Assembly (NCBI GenBank): GCA_963700285.1
Contig: CAVOXA010000010.1
Coordinates: 1,152,001 to 1,216,000 of the forward strand
DNA from: an uncultured Chloroflexia bacterium
Lineage (GTDB): Bacteria > Chloroflexota > Anaerolineae > JAAYZQ01
Reading direction: 5' to 3'
Length of the DNA stretch: 64,000 nt
Position numbers and translations under genes: made by a program. This document shows positions 40,829 through 52,165 of the stretch, piece after piece (the first letter of the stretch is position 1; every line of letters starts with the position of its first letter). The notes under the pieces are model-generated. The model ran no database searches and was not told the origin of the DNA. It saw only the letters and a list, made by a program, of their open reading frames with translations.

Positions 40829-43800
40829 ATGAATATTCTAAAGCGGAGAAAATTCGAGATCCCATCCGAGGTCAGCGGCCGCCCTGTCACCAATCGTGGC
40901 GTGCACCTGCAGCCCTTTGGATTTCACGGATTCTGGCTTGATCGAGAGAACGAGGACCACTATTGGACTGATCTCTTGAAAGGGATGGGCATGTCATGGG
41001 TGGTGATGCTCACTGAGGGTGACAGCGTCTTGGAAGAGCGCGGTGGGACCACCCCTCTCAATGCCCTGTTGGACGCAGGCGTCATCCCCATTATCCGTGA
41101 CAAACAAAAGCTACCTCGTCCCTTCTCCAATATAGATGCGGTTAAACGTACTGTTCCGGTCTACAGGCAGTATGGATTGCGCCCGTTCTGGCAACTCTAT
41201 AATGAGCCCTTTGATCCTAGGGAGTGGAGAAATGGGGAGGTCCCACCCTACGACGAAGCCTGGGCGATCATTGCTTCCCGGTGGTCTCAGGGGGCGAGGC
41301 AGGTCGCGGATGCGGGCGCCTATGTCGGCTTTCCCGATGGGCCTGGCTACGATGAGAACCCGTACGAGAAGCTGCGTCCAGCCGGGGGACTGGACGTTTT
41401 TGATGAGGGTATGGCTTTTTATGCGCCCCACACCTACGGCAAGGGCCGGCCCCTGTGGTATCCTTATGATGCGGTTACCCGCCACGCTGCCTTGCTAACC
41501 GATGAGGCATACCTCCGCTTGCTGGATGACTTTGCCGATGAGCCAAATTGGTACGACGCGCCCCTGGAATTCCTCAACGCCCAACGTCGGGGGTGGGCCA
41601 ATCCGGACCGGACAGCCCTCGATGATGATACCTGTTGGCGCGGCTGGGAAAAGATTGTAGCCTGGTCCATCGAGTCCCTGGGTTATGTCCCTCCCCTGGC
41701 CATGACAGAAGGGGGATGGACACCCCGTGACCGGGCAGGGTCCAATCCTGTGGACGCACGCTGGCCCTACTCCACGCCCAAGATGGTGGCCAAAAAGACG
41801 CTGCATATGTATGATACGCCATCGCCTTTTTTCGCCATTTGTCCCTGGCTGGTGGCCAGCGAGGATATGGGCGGTGCTGGCTGGTACGACGATGCCTGGC
41901 ACGGTGGGGCGTTCAGCCAGACCTACGGGCGCAAAAAACCGGTCATCCTCACCCTGGAGCAAGTCCCGCCCAAAGAGGTCGAACCTCGGACAGAGCCCCT
42001 GGTCATCGATGTGGATGGCGATACCCGCGATTGGGACTGGGCCGAGACAGCCTACGGGGCCGGCTACCGGCGGGGCGAGACCTCGCTGCGGCTCATCGAG
42101 GTCCACGAGTACGAGGGGCCTACGACTCTGGATGTCATTGTGGTAGACGTTGATGGTCTGCCCATCGAGGGAGTCGAGTTCTATTACCACTATCCCGGCG
42201 CCTCGTCCATTGGCAGCGGCGAATGGTATGACCGGGGCGTGGCGGCTACCTCCGACCAGGCCGGCCGCATTCACTTTGCAGCATCCGAGAATGGCGGGGA
42301 GTGTGTGCCCGGCACCTGTCAGGGCGCCATCTGGCCGGCAGGGAAGGGGGATGTCCTGGACCATCTGGGCTTCCTGGCCGGCACGCAGAACCGTCACCTC
42401 AATGGTGTGTGGCAGTGGCTGGAGGATGGACCTGAACCCGAACCTGAACCTGAACCCGAACCTGAACCCGAACCTGAACCCGAACCTGAACCTGAACCCG
42501 AACCTGAACCTGAACCCGAACCTGAACCCGAACCTGAACCCGAGCCCGGCCCATACGTCGATCCTCGCATTGAACCCTTCCTCACCCTGGACCTGAGTGG
42601 GGACACCTACAAGTTGGTCGAGGTCCTGTGGTACGATCCCCATGAGTCTGGCGGGAAGCACCTTATCTTCCTCGACGTCGTCGATGAGGATGGGCAGCGG
42701 CTGGCCGGTGAGAAAGTGGTCATATCTTGGCCAGGTGGCCAGGCGCCCGTGACGATTGAGGAGAAACCTGGCGAGCTCTGGGGCGGAAGCTTTGGCATGT
42801 CCGCCACGTTGGGCGCTTACGCTGCCCGTGTCGCTCCAGAAAGTGGTACCTCGGATGCCGTGGCTGGTTTGGGCAGGGGGACGCCTGAGGAGCCGGATGT
42901 CATGCACGCTACCTCTTTTGGCATCACCTTCAAAAAGCTCTCCGAGCCTGAACCGGAGCCGGAGCCGGAGCCAGAGCCTGAACCGGAACCTGAGCCTGAA
43001 CCGGAGCCAGAGCCTGAACCGGAGCCTGAGCCAGAGCCTGAACCTGAACCGGAGCCAGAGCCTGAACCTGAACCGGAGCCTGAACCTGAACCGGAGCCAG
43101 AGCCTGAGCCTGAACCCGAGCCTGGTCCCTATGTCGACCCGCGTATCGAGTCTTTCCTGACGCTGGATCTTGGCGGGGATACGTACAAGTTGGAGGAAGT
43201 CCTGTGGTACGATCCCGACGAGTCGGGCGGTAAGCACCACATCTTTCTCGACGTGGTTAATGGCGAGGGCAATCGTCTGGCCGGGGAAAAGGTGATCGTG
43301 TCGTGGTCAGGTGGCCAGGTTCCCGTGACCATCGAGGAGAAACCTGGCGAGCCCTGGGGCGGCAATTTTGGTATGTTCGCCACGTTGGGCTCCTATGCCG
43401 TTCGCGTTGATCCAGAGACCGGATCGTCGGATGCTGTGAGTGGCCTGGGCTTGGGCACGCCCGAGGAGCCGAATATCAAGCACCATACCTCCTTTGGCAT
43501 CACCTTCAAAAAGCTCTCTGAGCCGGAACCTGAACCTGAGCCGGAACCAGAACCCGAGCCTGAGCCGGAACCAGAACCCGAGCCTGAGCCGGAACCAGAA
43601 CCTGAACCAGAACCTGAACCAGAGCCGGAGCCCGGTCCCGATGTCGACCCGCGTATTGAGCCCTTTCTCACTCTGGATCTCAGCGGGGACACCTACAAGC
43701 TGGTGGAGATTCTGTGGTATGACCCCGCAGAATCAGGGGGGCGACACCATATCTTTTTCGACGTCGTTGACGAGGTAGGGCAGCGGTTGGCCGGGGAAAA

Positions 43801-45895
43801 AGTGATCGTATCCTGGCCAGGCGGCCAGGTCCCCATCATCATCGAGGAAAAGCCCGGTGAGCCGTGGGGGGGCAACTTTGGTATGGCGGCGACGCTGGGT
43901 ACCTACACTGCGCGTGTTGCCCCTGAAAGCGGCTCATCGGATGTTGTCAGTGGGCTGGGCCGGGGGACGCCCGAGGAGCCCAATGTGAACCACGCTACCT
44001 CTTTTGGCATCACCTTCAAAAAGCTCTCCGAGCCAGAACCCGAGCCGGAACCCGAACCGGAACCGGAGCCTGAGCCTGAACCGGAGCCCAATGGCAACAA
44101 CCTTGGCTTCTATGTCGAAGCCACCAACGTCGCCGGCTTGCCGGAGGCCATCCGGGATGTCAAGCCTCCTACCCTGCTGACCCACGCCAACGATCGGGGG
44201 CTGCTGCAGTGGATCCGCCGCGAGCTTTCGCCCGACACCTTTGTCATCGGCCGCCTGCACGTCGACCAGCACGTACAGGATGCGTGGCTGACCAGCGGCG
44301 ACCCCGCGGGCAAAGGGCGCGAGTTCGCGGAAACGATCCTCCGCCTCGATATGGGGCTGGCCCTCGAGCGGGGGGCCAACGGCCGGCTGTTGATCGACGC
44401 CTGGATGAGTCTCAACGAGTGCGTACCTGGGCCTGAATCCAATGCCTACCTGGGGGGCAGCGATGAGGATCGGGCCAAGATCCGGGCCAAAGCCGACGCC
44501 TACGACCGCTTCATGGTCGCCTTCCTGCAGCGCCTCAAGCAGGAGGACGGCGATCTGGATGCCGTGGCCTTTAACTTTGGGGCGGGCAACTTTCAGACGG
44601 CCGCCGGCTATCTGGACTGGTTCCCCCGTACGTTGGCCTCCCATACTTATCTGGGCTTTCACGAATATGGCTGGCGGGCGCTCTCCGCGCATCTGGACCC
44701 CAACACCGCCTCGGCCGCGGGCTTTTACCGGCCCTGCATGGCCGGAATCCGGCAGGCCTACGGCACCCATCAAAAGGCCATCATCACGGAGGCCGGCCTG
44801 GCCCGGTTGTACAAGCATATCGAGTTTCCCCCTGGCGACGTTGGCTGGCTGTACGAGGGCGAGACCATCAGCCAGGACGATTATTGGGCGTCACTGGCCT
44901 GGTACAACAGTATGCTTCTCCGGGACCGCTACGTGTTGGGCTCCTGCCTTTTTAACGTCGGCCACTCGGGCAAGTGGGTGACTTTCCGCCACCTGGGCAA
45001 AGACAACGACGGACAATGGATTACGATCATCGACCGGATCGCCGCCCTTAGCGCGCCGCGTGCCCCGCTCCTGCTGGAGCCGCCCTCGCTGGTGACGTTG
45101 CAGGGCCGTGTCCTCAACCAGGAGGATCGTGATGCCCTGGACAAACAGCAGGTTCCCGGTTCCATGATCCGGCTCATCGGCTCGCCCCATACCTTGGGCG
45201 CCGACCCGCGCGCGGCTGCGTTCGACACTGATGCCGTCAGTTGGACGCGGCGCATCAAAGGCTTCCGGGGCAGCGTCTGGAACTGCTGGCAGAAGTATGT
45301 CGAGCGCGAGGTGGCCGGCATTACCTGGGAGGAGTTCAAGGACGGTGTCGTGAAGCAAAATCCGTCTTTGGGTAACTCTGGAGGCCGGTTCAAGGCCAAG
45401 CGCAGGTACTATCTTCCTGAGAACCGGAAACTGGACGACCCGCAAGGCGAACGACCGGAGATCGAATGGGATCGGCTCCTGACCGGCTTCCGTGGAACTC
45501 GCTGGGATTGCTGGCAAAAATACGTCCGCGGCAAGGTAGTCGGTCTGGACTGGCATGCCTTCAAATCAAAGGTCGTGAGACGGAACCCCCAACTGGCCGG
45601 GGATGGCAACCGTTTTGTTCCCCGAGAACGCTACGTGCTGCCCCGCAATGCCGGCCAGTACGAGTACATGCTCGTGGCCTATGCCAACGCCCGAGGGCGC
45701 TACCGCTTCGAATCGCTATTGCCCGGTCTCTACACTGTCGAGGTTACTTCCCCCGGTTCCCAGTCGCTGCGGCGCCAGATCGAGATCAAGGCTGATACCA
45801 CCCTCGATCTGGAGATTGAGCCGCTGCACCGGCAGCCCCTTCCGAGAGGCCAAGATGAAGGACGAGGTCAAGACAAGGCAGAAACTGATCGCTGA
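40829..45895 (+). CDS. Giant modular protein: two GH-A-like TIM barrels, three tandem ~130-aa domains, (EP)n linkers, C-terminal carboxypeptidase-regulatory-like domain
   Basis: YNEP..TEGG and LNE..FHEYG..ITEAG acid/nucleophile-like motifs; triplicated GPYVDPRIE...TSFGITFKK; [17 protein letters not shown]. Confidence 0.75.
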   Translation: MNILKRRKFEIPSEVSGRPVTNRGVHLQPFGFHGFWLDRENEDHYWTDLLKGMGMSWVVMLTEGDSVLEERGGTTPLNALLDAGVIPIIRDKQKLPRPFSNIDAVKRTVPVYRQYGLRPFWQLYNEPFDPREWRNGEVPPYDEAWAIIASRWSQGARQVADAGAYVGFPDGPGYDENPYEKLRPAGGLDVFDEGMAFYAPHTYGKGRPLWYPYDAVTRHAALLTDEAYLRLLDDFADEPNWYDAPLEFLNAQRRGWANPDRTALDDDTCWRGWEKIVAWSIESLGYVPPLAMTEGGWTPRDRAGSNPVDARWPYSTPKMVAKKTLHMYDTPSPFFAICPWLVASEDMGGAGWYDDAWHGGAFSQTYGRKKPVILTLEQVPPKEVEPRTEPLVIDVDGDTRDWDWAETAYGAGYRRGETSLRLIEVHEYEGPTTLDVIVVDVDGLPIEGVEFYYHYPGASSIGSGEWYDRGVAATSDQAGRIHFAASENGGECVPGTCQGAIWPAGKGDVLDHLGFLAGTQNRHLNGVWQWLEDGPEPEPEPEPEPEPEPEPEPEPEPEPEPEPEPEPEPEPEPGPYVDPRIEPFLTLDLSGDTYKLVEVLWYDPHESGGKHLIFLDVVDEDGQRLAGEKVVISWPGGQAPVTIEEKPGELWGGSFGMSATLGAYAARVAPESGTSDAVAGLGRGTPEEPDVMHATSFGITFKKLSEPEPEPEPEPEPEPEPEPEPEPEPEPEPEPEPEPEPEPEPEPEPEPEPEPEPEPEPEPEPGPYVDPRIESFLTLDLGGDTYKLEEVLWYDPDESGGKHHIFLDVVNGEGNRLAGEKVIVSWSGGQVPVTIEEKPGEPWGGNFGMFATLGSYAVRVDPETGSSDAVSGLGLGTPEEPNIKHHTSFGITFKKLSEPEPEPEPEPEPEPEPEPEPEPEPEPEPEPEPEPEPEPGPDVDPRIEPFLTLDLSGDTYKLVEILWYDPAESGGRHHIFFDVVDEVGQRLAGEKVIVSWPGGQVPIIIEEKPGEPWGGNFGMAATLGTYTARVAPESGSSDVVSGLGRGTPEEPNVNHATSFGITFKKLSEPEPEPEPEPEPEPEPEPEPNGNNLGFYVEATNVAGLPEAIRDVKPPTLLTHANDRGLLQWIRRELSPDTFVIGRLHVDQHVQDAWLTSGDPAGKGREFAETILRLDMGLALERGANGRLLIDAWMSLNECVPGPESNAYLGGSDEDRAKIRAKADAYDRFMVAFLQRLKQEDGDLDAVAFNFGAGNFQTAAGYLDWFPRTLASHTYLGFHEYGWRALSAHLDPNTASAAGFYRPCMAGIRQAYGTHQKAIITEAGLARLYKHIEFPPGDVGWLYEGETISQDDYWASLAWYNSMLLRDRYVLGSCLFNVGHSGKWVTFRHLGKDNDGQWITIIDRIAALSAPRAPLLLEPPSLVTLQGRVLNQEDRDALDKQQVPGSMIRLIGSPHTLGADPRAAAFDTDAVSWTRRIKGFRGSVWNCWQKYVEREVAGITWEEFKDGVVKQNPSLGNSGGRFKAKRRYYLPENRKLDDPQGERPEIEWDRLLTGFRGTRWDCWQKYVRGKVVGLDWHAFKSKVVRRNPQLAGDGNRFVPRERYVLPRNAGQYEYMLVAYANARGRYRFESLLPGLYTVEVTSPGSQSLRRQIEIKADTTLDLEIEPLHRQPLPRGQDEGRGQDKAETDR
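42431..44089 (+). repeat. Four (Glu-Pro)n microsatellite linkers
   Basis: Hexamer arrays at about 42431-42547, 42944-43123, 43520-43633, 44030-44089. Confidence 0.95.
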
Positions 45896-46395
45896 ACTGG
45901 CCGCAGCCCGGCAGCAGATTGCCGGGCTGGAGGCCGCAAGATCTGATCTCCAGTCGGTTGATCAGGCGTTGCGTGAAAGCTCGCTACGCTTGCGCGTAGC
46001 GTTGCAAAACTCGAACATCGTCGTCTACAACCAAGACCTGGACCTGCGCCATACCTGGATCTACAATCCCCTCCTGGGCTTCACCCCCGAGGGCATTCTG
46101 GGCAAGACGGACGCGGATCTCCTTCTCCCCAAAGATGCTGCCCCTCTGGAACAGATCAAACTCCATGTCCTGGAAACCGGCGCCGGGATGCGCGAGACGG
46201 TACGTACCATCATCGACGGTGATGCCTCCTTCTACGATCTGACCGTTTGGTTTGATACCTGTGTTCCAGAAAGGGAGCGAGAGCGGGTAAGGTCGGCATT
46301 CGACCAACCCTGAGAACTGCCATCGACGGCTCTGGGCTGTGCGATACGCAGGGCAACATTCTGGATGTCAACGACGCTCTGTGCCAAAAACTGGG
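45855..46395 (+). pseudogene. Truncated PAS-domain sensor fragment
   Basis: [15 protein letters not shown] coiled coil, PAS (YNQDLDLRHTWIYNP..LGKTDADL), start of a second PAS (TAIDG..DTQGNILDVNDALC) out of frame, then interrupted; no output domain. Confidence 0.7.
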
Positions 46396-46462
46396 GATTC
46401 TTTGGGCAAGACCCGGTTCCCGGTTGAATCTCTTTGCGTTCTTGGCGTCTTTGCGGCGAAAA
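46393..46462. repeat. Right half of nonamer palindromic REP-like element
   Basis: CTTTGCGTTCTTGGCGTCTTTGCGGCG; homologous to 52206-52273. Confidence 0.65.
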
Positions 46463-46487
46463 AAACGCCAGCAAGCAGAACCCACCT

Positions 46488-46516
46488 TTGACATCCCTTA
46501 TGTTTCGTGGTAAGCT
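46488..46516 (+). promoter_or_regulatory. sigma70-type promoter
   Basis: TTGACA-N17-TAAGCT, nearly identical to 52282-52310. Confidence 0.7.
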
Positions 46517-46660
46517 TGTGGACGGAAAGGGGAATTGTCAGGAATCCTCCGAGCGGCGGCTTCCCGCTACTCAAAGGGTCTTTGGACGCAGTCGTCACCC
46601 CCTTCATTGTCGAAAGATCTTCCCCTCTCATACACGAGCACCCCGGCAAAGGGTTGCCGT
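46517..46660 (+). ncRNA. Structured leader, copy B
   Basis: Aligns with copy C with compensatory changes in the central hairpin; AGGGGAA/TTCCCCT closing stem. Confidence 0.62.
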
Positions 46661-46665
46661 GGCAC

Positions 46666-46740
46666 ACAACAACGAATTTAGAATACAACGAATTGGACTG
46701 CCCGGGAAGTCAATTCGTTCCTTTCTCAATTCGTTGTAGT
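46666..46740. repeat. ~75-bp nested palindromic ACAACGAAT element
   Basis: ACAACGAATT..AACGAATTG...CAATTCGTT..AATTCGTTGT. Confidence 0.8.
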
Positions 46741-46798
46741 ACCGTGGCACACAACAACAAATTCGTGATACTATCGCTAACGAAGGAGAGACACCCTC

Positions 46799-49700
46799 AT
46801 GTCCGATTTCCGGGCCAGCCGGGCCGTCGTCATCGGCATCAACGACTACCAGCATGGCATCCCAAAACTACGTACCGCCGTCAATGACGCCCGGAGGCTG
46901 GCCGAGATCCTGGCGCAGGACTATGGTTATGAAGTCGACCTGCTGGTCGAGGACGTGACCAAGTCCCGGCTCGCGGCGTACTTTGAGGCAGCGCGATCCA
47001 CCGTAGGCAAGGACGACCGCCTGCTGATCTACTTTGCCGGCCACGGCATCGCCCTCGACGGCGACGACGGGCCGGCCGGCTACCTGGTGCCCCAGGACGC
47101 CCGGCCCGAGGATCGCGACACCTTCCTGCCCATGACCGAGCTGCACCGCTGGCTGGAGGCGCTGCCCGCCCGCCACCTGCTGGCCATCCTGGACTGCTGC
47201 TTCGCCGGGGCCTTTCGCTGGGCATCGACGCGGGCCCTGGTGCCGGTCCCGGAGGTGATCCATAAGGAGCGCTACGACCGTTTCATTCGGGATGCGGCCT
47301 GGCAGGTGATCACCTCCGCGGCCTACGACCAGACGGCCTTGGACCAACTGGCCGGGGACGACAAGCGGGGTGTGGCGCAAGAAGGGGGCTTGGCCCATTC
47401 GCCCTTTGCCCGGGCGCTGTTCGAGGCCCTGGCCGGGGCCGGCGACGTGGTGCCCCGGGGAGAGGGCGACGGCGTCATCACCGCCACGGAGTTGTACCTG
47501 TACCTGCGGGATGAGGTCGAGGTCCAGGCCGAGGAGGGGGCCAGCCACGCCCAGACGCCGGGGCTGTGGCCGCTGAACAAGCACGACAAGGGGGAGTATA
47601 TCTTTTTGGTGCCGGGCCACGAGCTGAACCTGCCGCCGGCGCCGGAGCTGACCGGCGACAACAACCCCTATCGCGGCCTGCAGTCCTACGACGAGGAGCA
47701 CTGCCAGCTCTTCTTTGGGCGGGAAGAAGAGATCGAGGATCTGGCCGTGTTGGTGGCGGGGCAGGCCTTCACGGCCGTGCTGGGTGCCTCGGGCACGGGC
47801 AAGTCGAGCCTGGTCAAGGCCGGCCTGCTGCCCCGCTTGGGGGGCTGTGCCGAGGACCGTGAGCCGGCGGAGGGGTTGGAGGGTGCCTGGTTCATTCTAC
47901 CTCCCCTGCGTCCCACGGCTACGCCCCTCCTGGCCCTCCAGCAGGTATTGGGCAAGGTTGCCTCCGCGCCAGATATTGAGGCGTTGCACACGGATCCCAA
48001 TACCCTGGCGGCTCTCGTCGCCTCCTGGCGAAACCGTCACCCTGGAACCTATTTCTTGCTGGTGGTCGACCAGTTGGAGGAGCTGATCACGCTCTGCCGG
48101 GACGACGGCCAGCGGGATCAATTCCTGGCGCTGCTGGCCGCGGCCATGGCACAGCAGCCGGATACCTTTCGCCTGGTTGTTACCCTGCGCACCGACTTTG
48201 AGCTGCAGCTTGCCCAGGACACGGCGCTGGCAGGGCCCTGGGCTCGGGAGGGCGCCCGCTACGTGGTACCGCCCATGGACCACGACGACCTGCGGGCGGT
48301 GATCGAGGGTCCTGCCTCGGTGCGAGTGCTCTACTTTGAGCCCTACGGGCTGGTGGACGATCTGATCAAGGAGGTGATCCAGACGCCTGGCGCGCTGCCC
48401 CTGCTGTCCTTCACCCTGAGCGAGCTCTATATCAAGTACCTGGAGCGCCAGGCTGGAGCCAGGCGGGCCGGCGAGACCGTCGACCGCTCCTTGACCGAAA
48501 CGGATTACCAGGCGTTGGGCGGCGTGCTGGGCTCGCTCCGGAATCGCGCCACCGAGGAGTATGAGGATCTGCCGGACGACGCCCACCGGGAGACGATGCG
48601 GCGGGTGATGCTGCGCATGGTGGCCGTGGAGGGCGGTGAGGTGGCCCGCCGGCGCGTGCCCCGTTCTGAGCTGGTATATCCCGGCGAGGAGGAGAACCAG
48701 CGGGTGGACACGGTCATCCAGCGGCTGGTGGCCGCCCGCCTGCTCGTTGAGGGCAGTGAGGAGGACGGCGCCGCCTACGTGGAGCCGGCTCATGACGCGT
48801 TGGTCCGGGCCTGGGACAAGCTGTTGGCCTGGAAGGCCGGGGCGGAGGAGTACCTGCCCTTGCAGCGGCGGCTGGGCCAGGCGGCGGCCGAGTGGGATCG
48901 GGCCGCGGAGAAGGACCGCAGGGGACTGCTCTGGGACGACGACCCGCGCCTGCCCCAGGTGGAGGACGTCGTCTGGCCGGCGGGCAATGGGCGCCGGGGT
49001 GTCAGGGGCCGGGCCAGATGGCTCAAGCACGTGATCCTGCCCGACGTCGACCACCCGGGCGATACCGCCTGGCTGAACCGGCGGGAGGTGGTCTTTGTCC
49101 AGAAGAGCGTTTCCCGTAGGGCCAGCGTGCTGCGGCGCATCGCCGTGATTACGCTGGCCGTGATGGCCATCCTGGCCATGCTGTCCGTGTTCGCCTTTCG
49201 CCAGCAAGCGATTGCCCAGAGGAACGCCGACGATCTCGCTGTTGCCAACGACAACCTGGAGGTAGAGCGGGACAACGCCCTCCGGCAAAGTCGCATCTCC
49301 CGGGCCAGAGAGCTGGCTGCGCGTGCGCAGCTCTCGCTGGAGGAGTCACCGCCCAGGACGTTGCTGCTGGCTGCTGAGGCCGTGAGCATTACGCAGAGCA
49401 TCGACGGGCTGGCCATGACCGAGCCGGAGCAGGCCCTTTGGGATGCAAACGTCGCCGCCGGAGGCATACCCCTGTACGGCCATGAGGCCGAGGTTGTTGC
49501 CGTTGCGCTGTCCCATGATAATCGCTGGCTGGCCACGGCAAGCTGGGACAACAGTGCGCGTCTGTGGGACATGCGCGATCGGGATGCCGAGTCGGTGGTC
49601 CTGCGCGGCCATGATGACCTGGTCAACGATGTGGCCTTTTCCCATGACGACCGCTGGCTGGCCACGGCCAGCGATGATGGTACTGCTCGCCTTTGGGACA

Positions 49701-51559
49701 TGGCGGATCCAGCGGCTGAGCCCATCGTCCTGCGCGGCCACGAGGATGTGGTCAACGATGTGGCCTTTTCCCATGACGACCGCTGGCTGGCTACGGCCAG
49801 CGACGACGGTACCGCCCGTCTGTGGGACATGGCAGACCCGAGTGCTGAACCCCTTGTCTTGGCCGGCCACGCGGACTGGGTCAACAGCCTGGCTTTCTCG
49901 CCCGACGACCGCTGGCTGGCCACGGCCATCGAAGATGGAACCGCGCGTCTGTGGGATCTGGGGGATCCCGATGCCGAACCGGCCGTGCTCGACAGTTCAA
50001 ACGAATACCTTCTGGACATTGGATTCTCCCCCGATGGCCGCTGGCTCGCGGCCGTAGGCGGAAGCGGGAGCAATGTCGATCTTTGGGACCTGGAAGGGGA
50101 GGAGGCTGTAGCGTTTGCCCTGGAGGGGCACATCGGCGATGCCTATGTTCTGGCCTTCTCAAGCGACAGCCGCTGGCTGGCGACAGCCGGCTCGGCCGGC
50201 GCCGTGCGTCTGTGGGACCTGGAGGATCCAGACGCCGAGTCAATTGTCCTGGCCGTGAGAGATTTGAGCAAAGGGGGCATTGTAGAGGATATTCCGGCGG
50301 TTGCCTTCTCGCCCGACGACAGACAGGTCGCGGCAGGCAGCCAGGATGGCACCGTTCGTCTCTGGGATATGGATGACCCCTTTGCTGACCCGCTGATTCT
50401 GTACGGGCACGAGGGGCGGGTCACCGATCTGGCCTACTCGCACGACGGTGAATGGCTGGTCTCCAGCAGCTACGACGATACTGCGCGCCTGTGGCAGCTA
50501 CAGAACCCTGGGATCGAGCCGCGCGTACTCGACCTGGGTTCCGCTGTCCTGTCGGTGGACTATGCTCCTGACGCGCGCCGGCTCGCCGCCGGCGGCTCGG
50601 ATGGAGCGACACGGCTCTGGGATCCGCAAAGCCTTGGCGTGGAGCCCGTCGTCTTGCCCGGCGACCCAACCGTCGAGGTCATGGTTTTCTCTGCTGATGG
50701 CCGCTTGCTGGCCACAGGCAATCACGACGGTGAAGTGACAGTATGGGAACTGGTGGATCTGGGCAGCGAGCCGCTGGTTCTTGACGCCCACGACGGGAGC
50801 GTTACCGGCATAGATCTTTCAGCCGATGGCCGCTGGCTGGCCACGGGTGGAGAGGACGAGACTGCGTTGCTGTGGGACCTGCAAAACCTCGATGCGGAGC
50901 CGGCTGCCTTCGACACTTTGAGCTTGGAGACGGCCGTGGCTTTTTCGAAGGATTCCCGGTGGCTGGCCATGACCTACGATACCCTGGGTGATGTTCACCT
51001 ATGGGATCTTCAGCGTCTCGATGATGGTCCTACGGTCCTGGAAGGCCACAACGCACTGGTGAAGGACTTGGTCTTCTCTCACGATGGCCAGAGGCTGGCC
51101 ACGGCGAGTTACGACCGTACCACGGAGGTATGGGATCTGCGGGACCTCGAAGCCGAGCCACTCATCCTCAGGGGGCATACGAACTGGGTTCTCGCTGTAG
51201 CTTTTTCCTCCGACGACCACTGGCTGGCGACCGCCGGCCTGGATGGCACGACGCGGCTCTGGGACCTGGATAATCCTGGTGTAGACCCGCTGGTTCTGCG
51301 CGGCCACGCCGATGCGGTCAACGATGTGGCTTTCTCCCCTGACGACCGTTGGCTGGTCACGGCCAGCGAGGATGGTACCGCTCGCCTGTGGACAAGGTCG
51401 ACGGATCTCCTGTTGGAGACGGCCTGCCAGACAGCCGGCCGTAACTTGACCCAAGGGGAGTGGAATCAGTACTTTCCGAATGAGCCCTATCGCAAGACGT
51501 GCCCCGGGCTGCCGGCACATCCCAGCGTGCTGGTTGCTGAGGAGGTCGAGACACCGTAG
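46799..51559 (+). CDS. Caspase-like peptidase C14 + STAND (nSTAND1-like) NTPase + TM + ~15 WD40 repeats
   Basis: VVIGINDY, YFAGHG, LDCCFAG; NPYRGL..FFGRE, GASGTGKSS, VVDQLEE, LPLLSF, HDAL; TM IAVITLAVMAILAMLSVFAF; GH...WD repeats. Confidence 0.93.
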   Translation: MSDFRASRAVVIGINDYQHGIPKLRTAVNDARRLAEILAQDYGYEVDLLVEDVTKSRLAAYFEAARSTVGKDDRLLIYFAGHGIALDGDDGPAGYLVPQDARPEDRDTFLPMTELHRWLEALPARHLLAILDCCFAGAFRWASTRALVPVPEVIHKERYDRFIRDAAWQVITSAAYDQTALDQLAGDDKRGVAQEGGLAHSPFARALFEALAGAGDVVPRGEGDGVITATELYLYLRDEVEVQAEEGASHAQTPGLWPLNKHDKGEYIFLVPGHELNLPPAPELTGDNNPYRGLQSYDEEHCQLFFGREEEIEDLAVLVAGQAFTAVLGASGTGKSSLVKAGLLPRLGGCAEDREPAEGLEGAWFILPPLRPTATPLLALQQVLGKVASAPDIEALHTDPNTLAALVASWRNRHPGTYFLLVVDQLEELITLCRDDGQRDQFLALLAAAMAQQPDTFRLVVTLRTDFELQLAQDTALAGPWAREGARYVVPPMDHDDLRAVIEGPASVRVLYFEPYGLVDDLIKEVIQTPGALPLLSFTLSELYIKYLERQAGARRAGETVDRSLTETDYQALGGVLGSLRNRATEEYEDLPDDAHRETMRRVMLRMVAVEGGEVARRRVPRSELVYPGEEENQRVDTVIQRLVAARLLVEGSEEDGAAYVEPAHDALVRAWDKLLAWKAGAEEYLPLQRRLGQAAAEWDRAAEKDRRGLLWDDDPRLPQVEDVVWPAGNGRRGVRGRARWLKHVILPDVDHPGDTAWLNRREVVFVQKSVSRRASVLRRIAVITLAVMAILAMLSVFAFRQQAIAQRNADDLAVANDNLEVERDNALRQSRISRARELAARAQLSLEESPPRTLLLAAEAVSITQSIDGLAMTEPEQALWDANVAAGGIPLYGHEAEVVAVALSHDNRWLATASWDNSARLWDMRDRDAESVVLRGHDDLVNDVAFSHDDRWLATASDDGTARLWDMADPAAEPIVLRGHEDVVNDVAFSHDDRWLATASDDGTARLWDMADPSAEPLVLAGHADWVNSLAFSPDDRWLATAIEDGTARLWDLGDPDAEPAVLDSSNEYLLDIGFSPDGRWLAAVGGSGSNVDLWDLEGEEAVAFALEGHIGDAYVLAFSSDSRWLATAGSAGAVRLWDLEDPDAESIVLAVRDLSKGGIVEDIPAVAFSPDDRQVAAGSQDGTVRLWDMDDPFADPLILYGHEGRVTDLAYSHDGEWLVSSSYDDTARLWQLQNPGIEPRVLDLGSAVLSVDYAPDARRLAAGGSDGATRLWDPQSLGVEPVVLPGDPTVEVMVFSADGRLLATGNHDGEVTVWELVDLGSEPLVLDAHDGSVTGIDLSADGRWLATGGEDETALLWDLQNLDAEPAAFDTLSLETAVAFSKDSRWLAMTYDTLGDVHLWDLQRLDDGPTVLEGHNALVKDLVFSHDGQRLATASYDRTTEVWDLRDLEAEPLILRGHTNWVLAVAFSSDDHWLATAGLDGTTRLWDLDNPGVDPLVLRGHADAVNDVAFSPDDRWLVTASEDGTARLWTRSTDLLLETACQTAGRNLTQGEWNQYFPNEPYRKTCPGLPAHPSVLVAEEVETP

Positions 51560-51708
51560 CGTCCAATTGAACTCCCGAGTAGTCAAAAGTACCTAGGAAA
51601 GTTAGTCATTTCTTCCGATGTGCGGCGGCCTACAACGTGCTACAATTGGAGGAGACGAGGAGGTAGGGGCAAGAGATCGCGTCCTTACCGCCTGTATTCC
51701 CAGGGAAA

Positions 51709-51915
51709 TTGGCCGCGAACCTACGCCAACTCAAGACCACATGGCCCCAGGCCCGCTACCTCGTGCTCTTTGACGACGAGCAGGACCGCCGTCACGTACA
51801 GTCTGCCGGTGCCGACGAGGTCCTGGTTAAGGGCATCCGCGCTGCCACAATCCTGGAAACTATGGAGGATCTTCTGTCTGATGACAGCCCAAGTCCTCCT
51901 AGGGGAAGGAGCTAG
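51709..51915 (+). CDS. Receiver-domain C-terminal half (fragment)
   Basis: LRQLKTTWPQARYLVL...AGADEVLVKG resembles alpha3-alpha5 of a REC domain. Confidence 0.5.
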   Translation: MAANLRQLKTTWPQARYLVLFDDEQDRRHVQSAGADEVLVKGIRAATILETMEDLLSDDSPSPPRGRS

Positions 51916-51916
51916 A

Positions 51917-52156
51917 ATGGAAACCTATCGATTCTATCCACCGCAAGTCCGGCCCGCGCAGGTGCCGTACCACGTGCTGGCTGCCGGGACAGAAAGCTGC
52001 CAGCACGAACTGCTGGACAACGCCTGGTGCGACCGCATCATGGTTCAGGACGGCATTATCTTTATCACCTACTCCTGCCGGCACTGCGGCCGGCAGATCT
52101 GCCAGTCCCTGGACGAAGTGTCGCCGCCTGGGTGGAACGGGCATAGCGCGCACTGA
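51917..52156 (+). CDS. Small Cys/His-rich protein, putative zinc ribbon
   Basis: AGGAG RBS; CQH...C...CRHCGRQIC. Confidence 0.6.
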   Translation: METYRFYPPQVRPAQVPYHVLAAGTESCQHELLDNAWCDRIMVQDGIIFITYSCRHCGRQICQSLDEVSPPGWNGHSAH

Positions 52157-52165
52157 GAAAGGATC

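Noticed and set aside
42394-44100. Antisense (GS)n, (RF)n and (NL)n ORFs
   Set aside because: These are shadow frames of the (EP)n coding microsatellites
46517-46660. yybP-ykoY Mn riboswitch or 6S RNA assignment
   Set aside because: It lacks GGGGAGUAG and the P3 hairpin, the downstream genes are not metal-related, and several copies in 5' UTR position are atypical for 6S
46434-46739. Leader-peptide reading of the repeated leaders (..ERR..GRSRHPLxCRKxFP)
   Set aside because: Some synonymous-looking changes and 3-nt indels exist, but the frame is not kept across all three copies, there is no RBS/start after the promoter, and the changes are explained by compensatory pairing; not fully excluded
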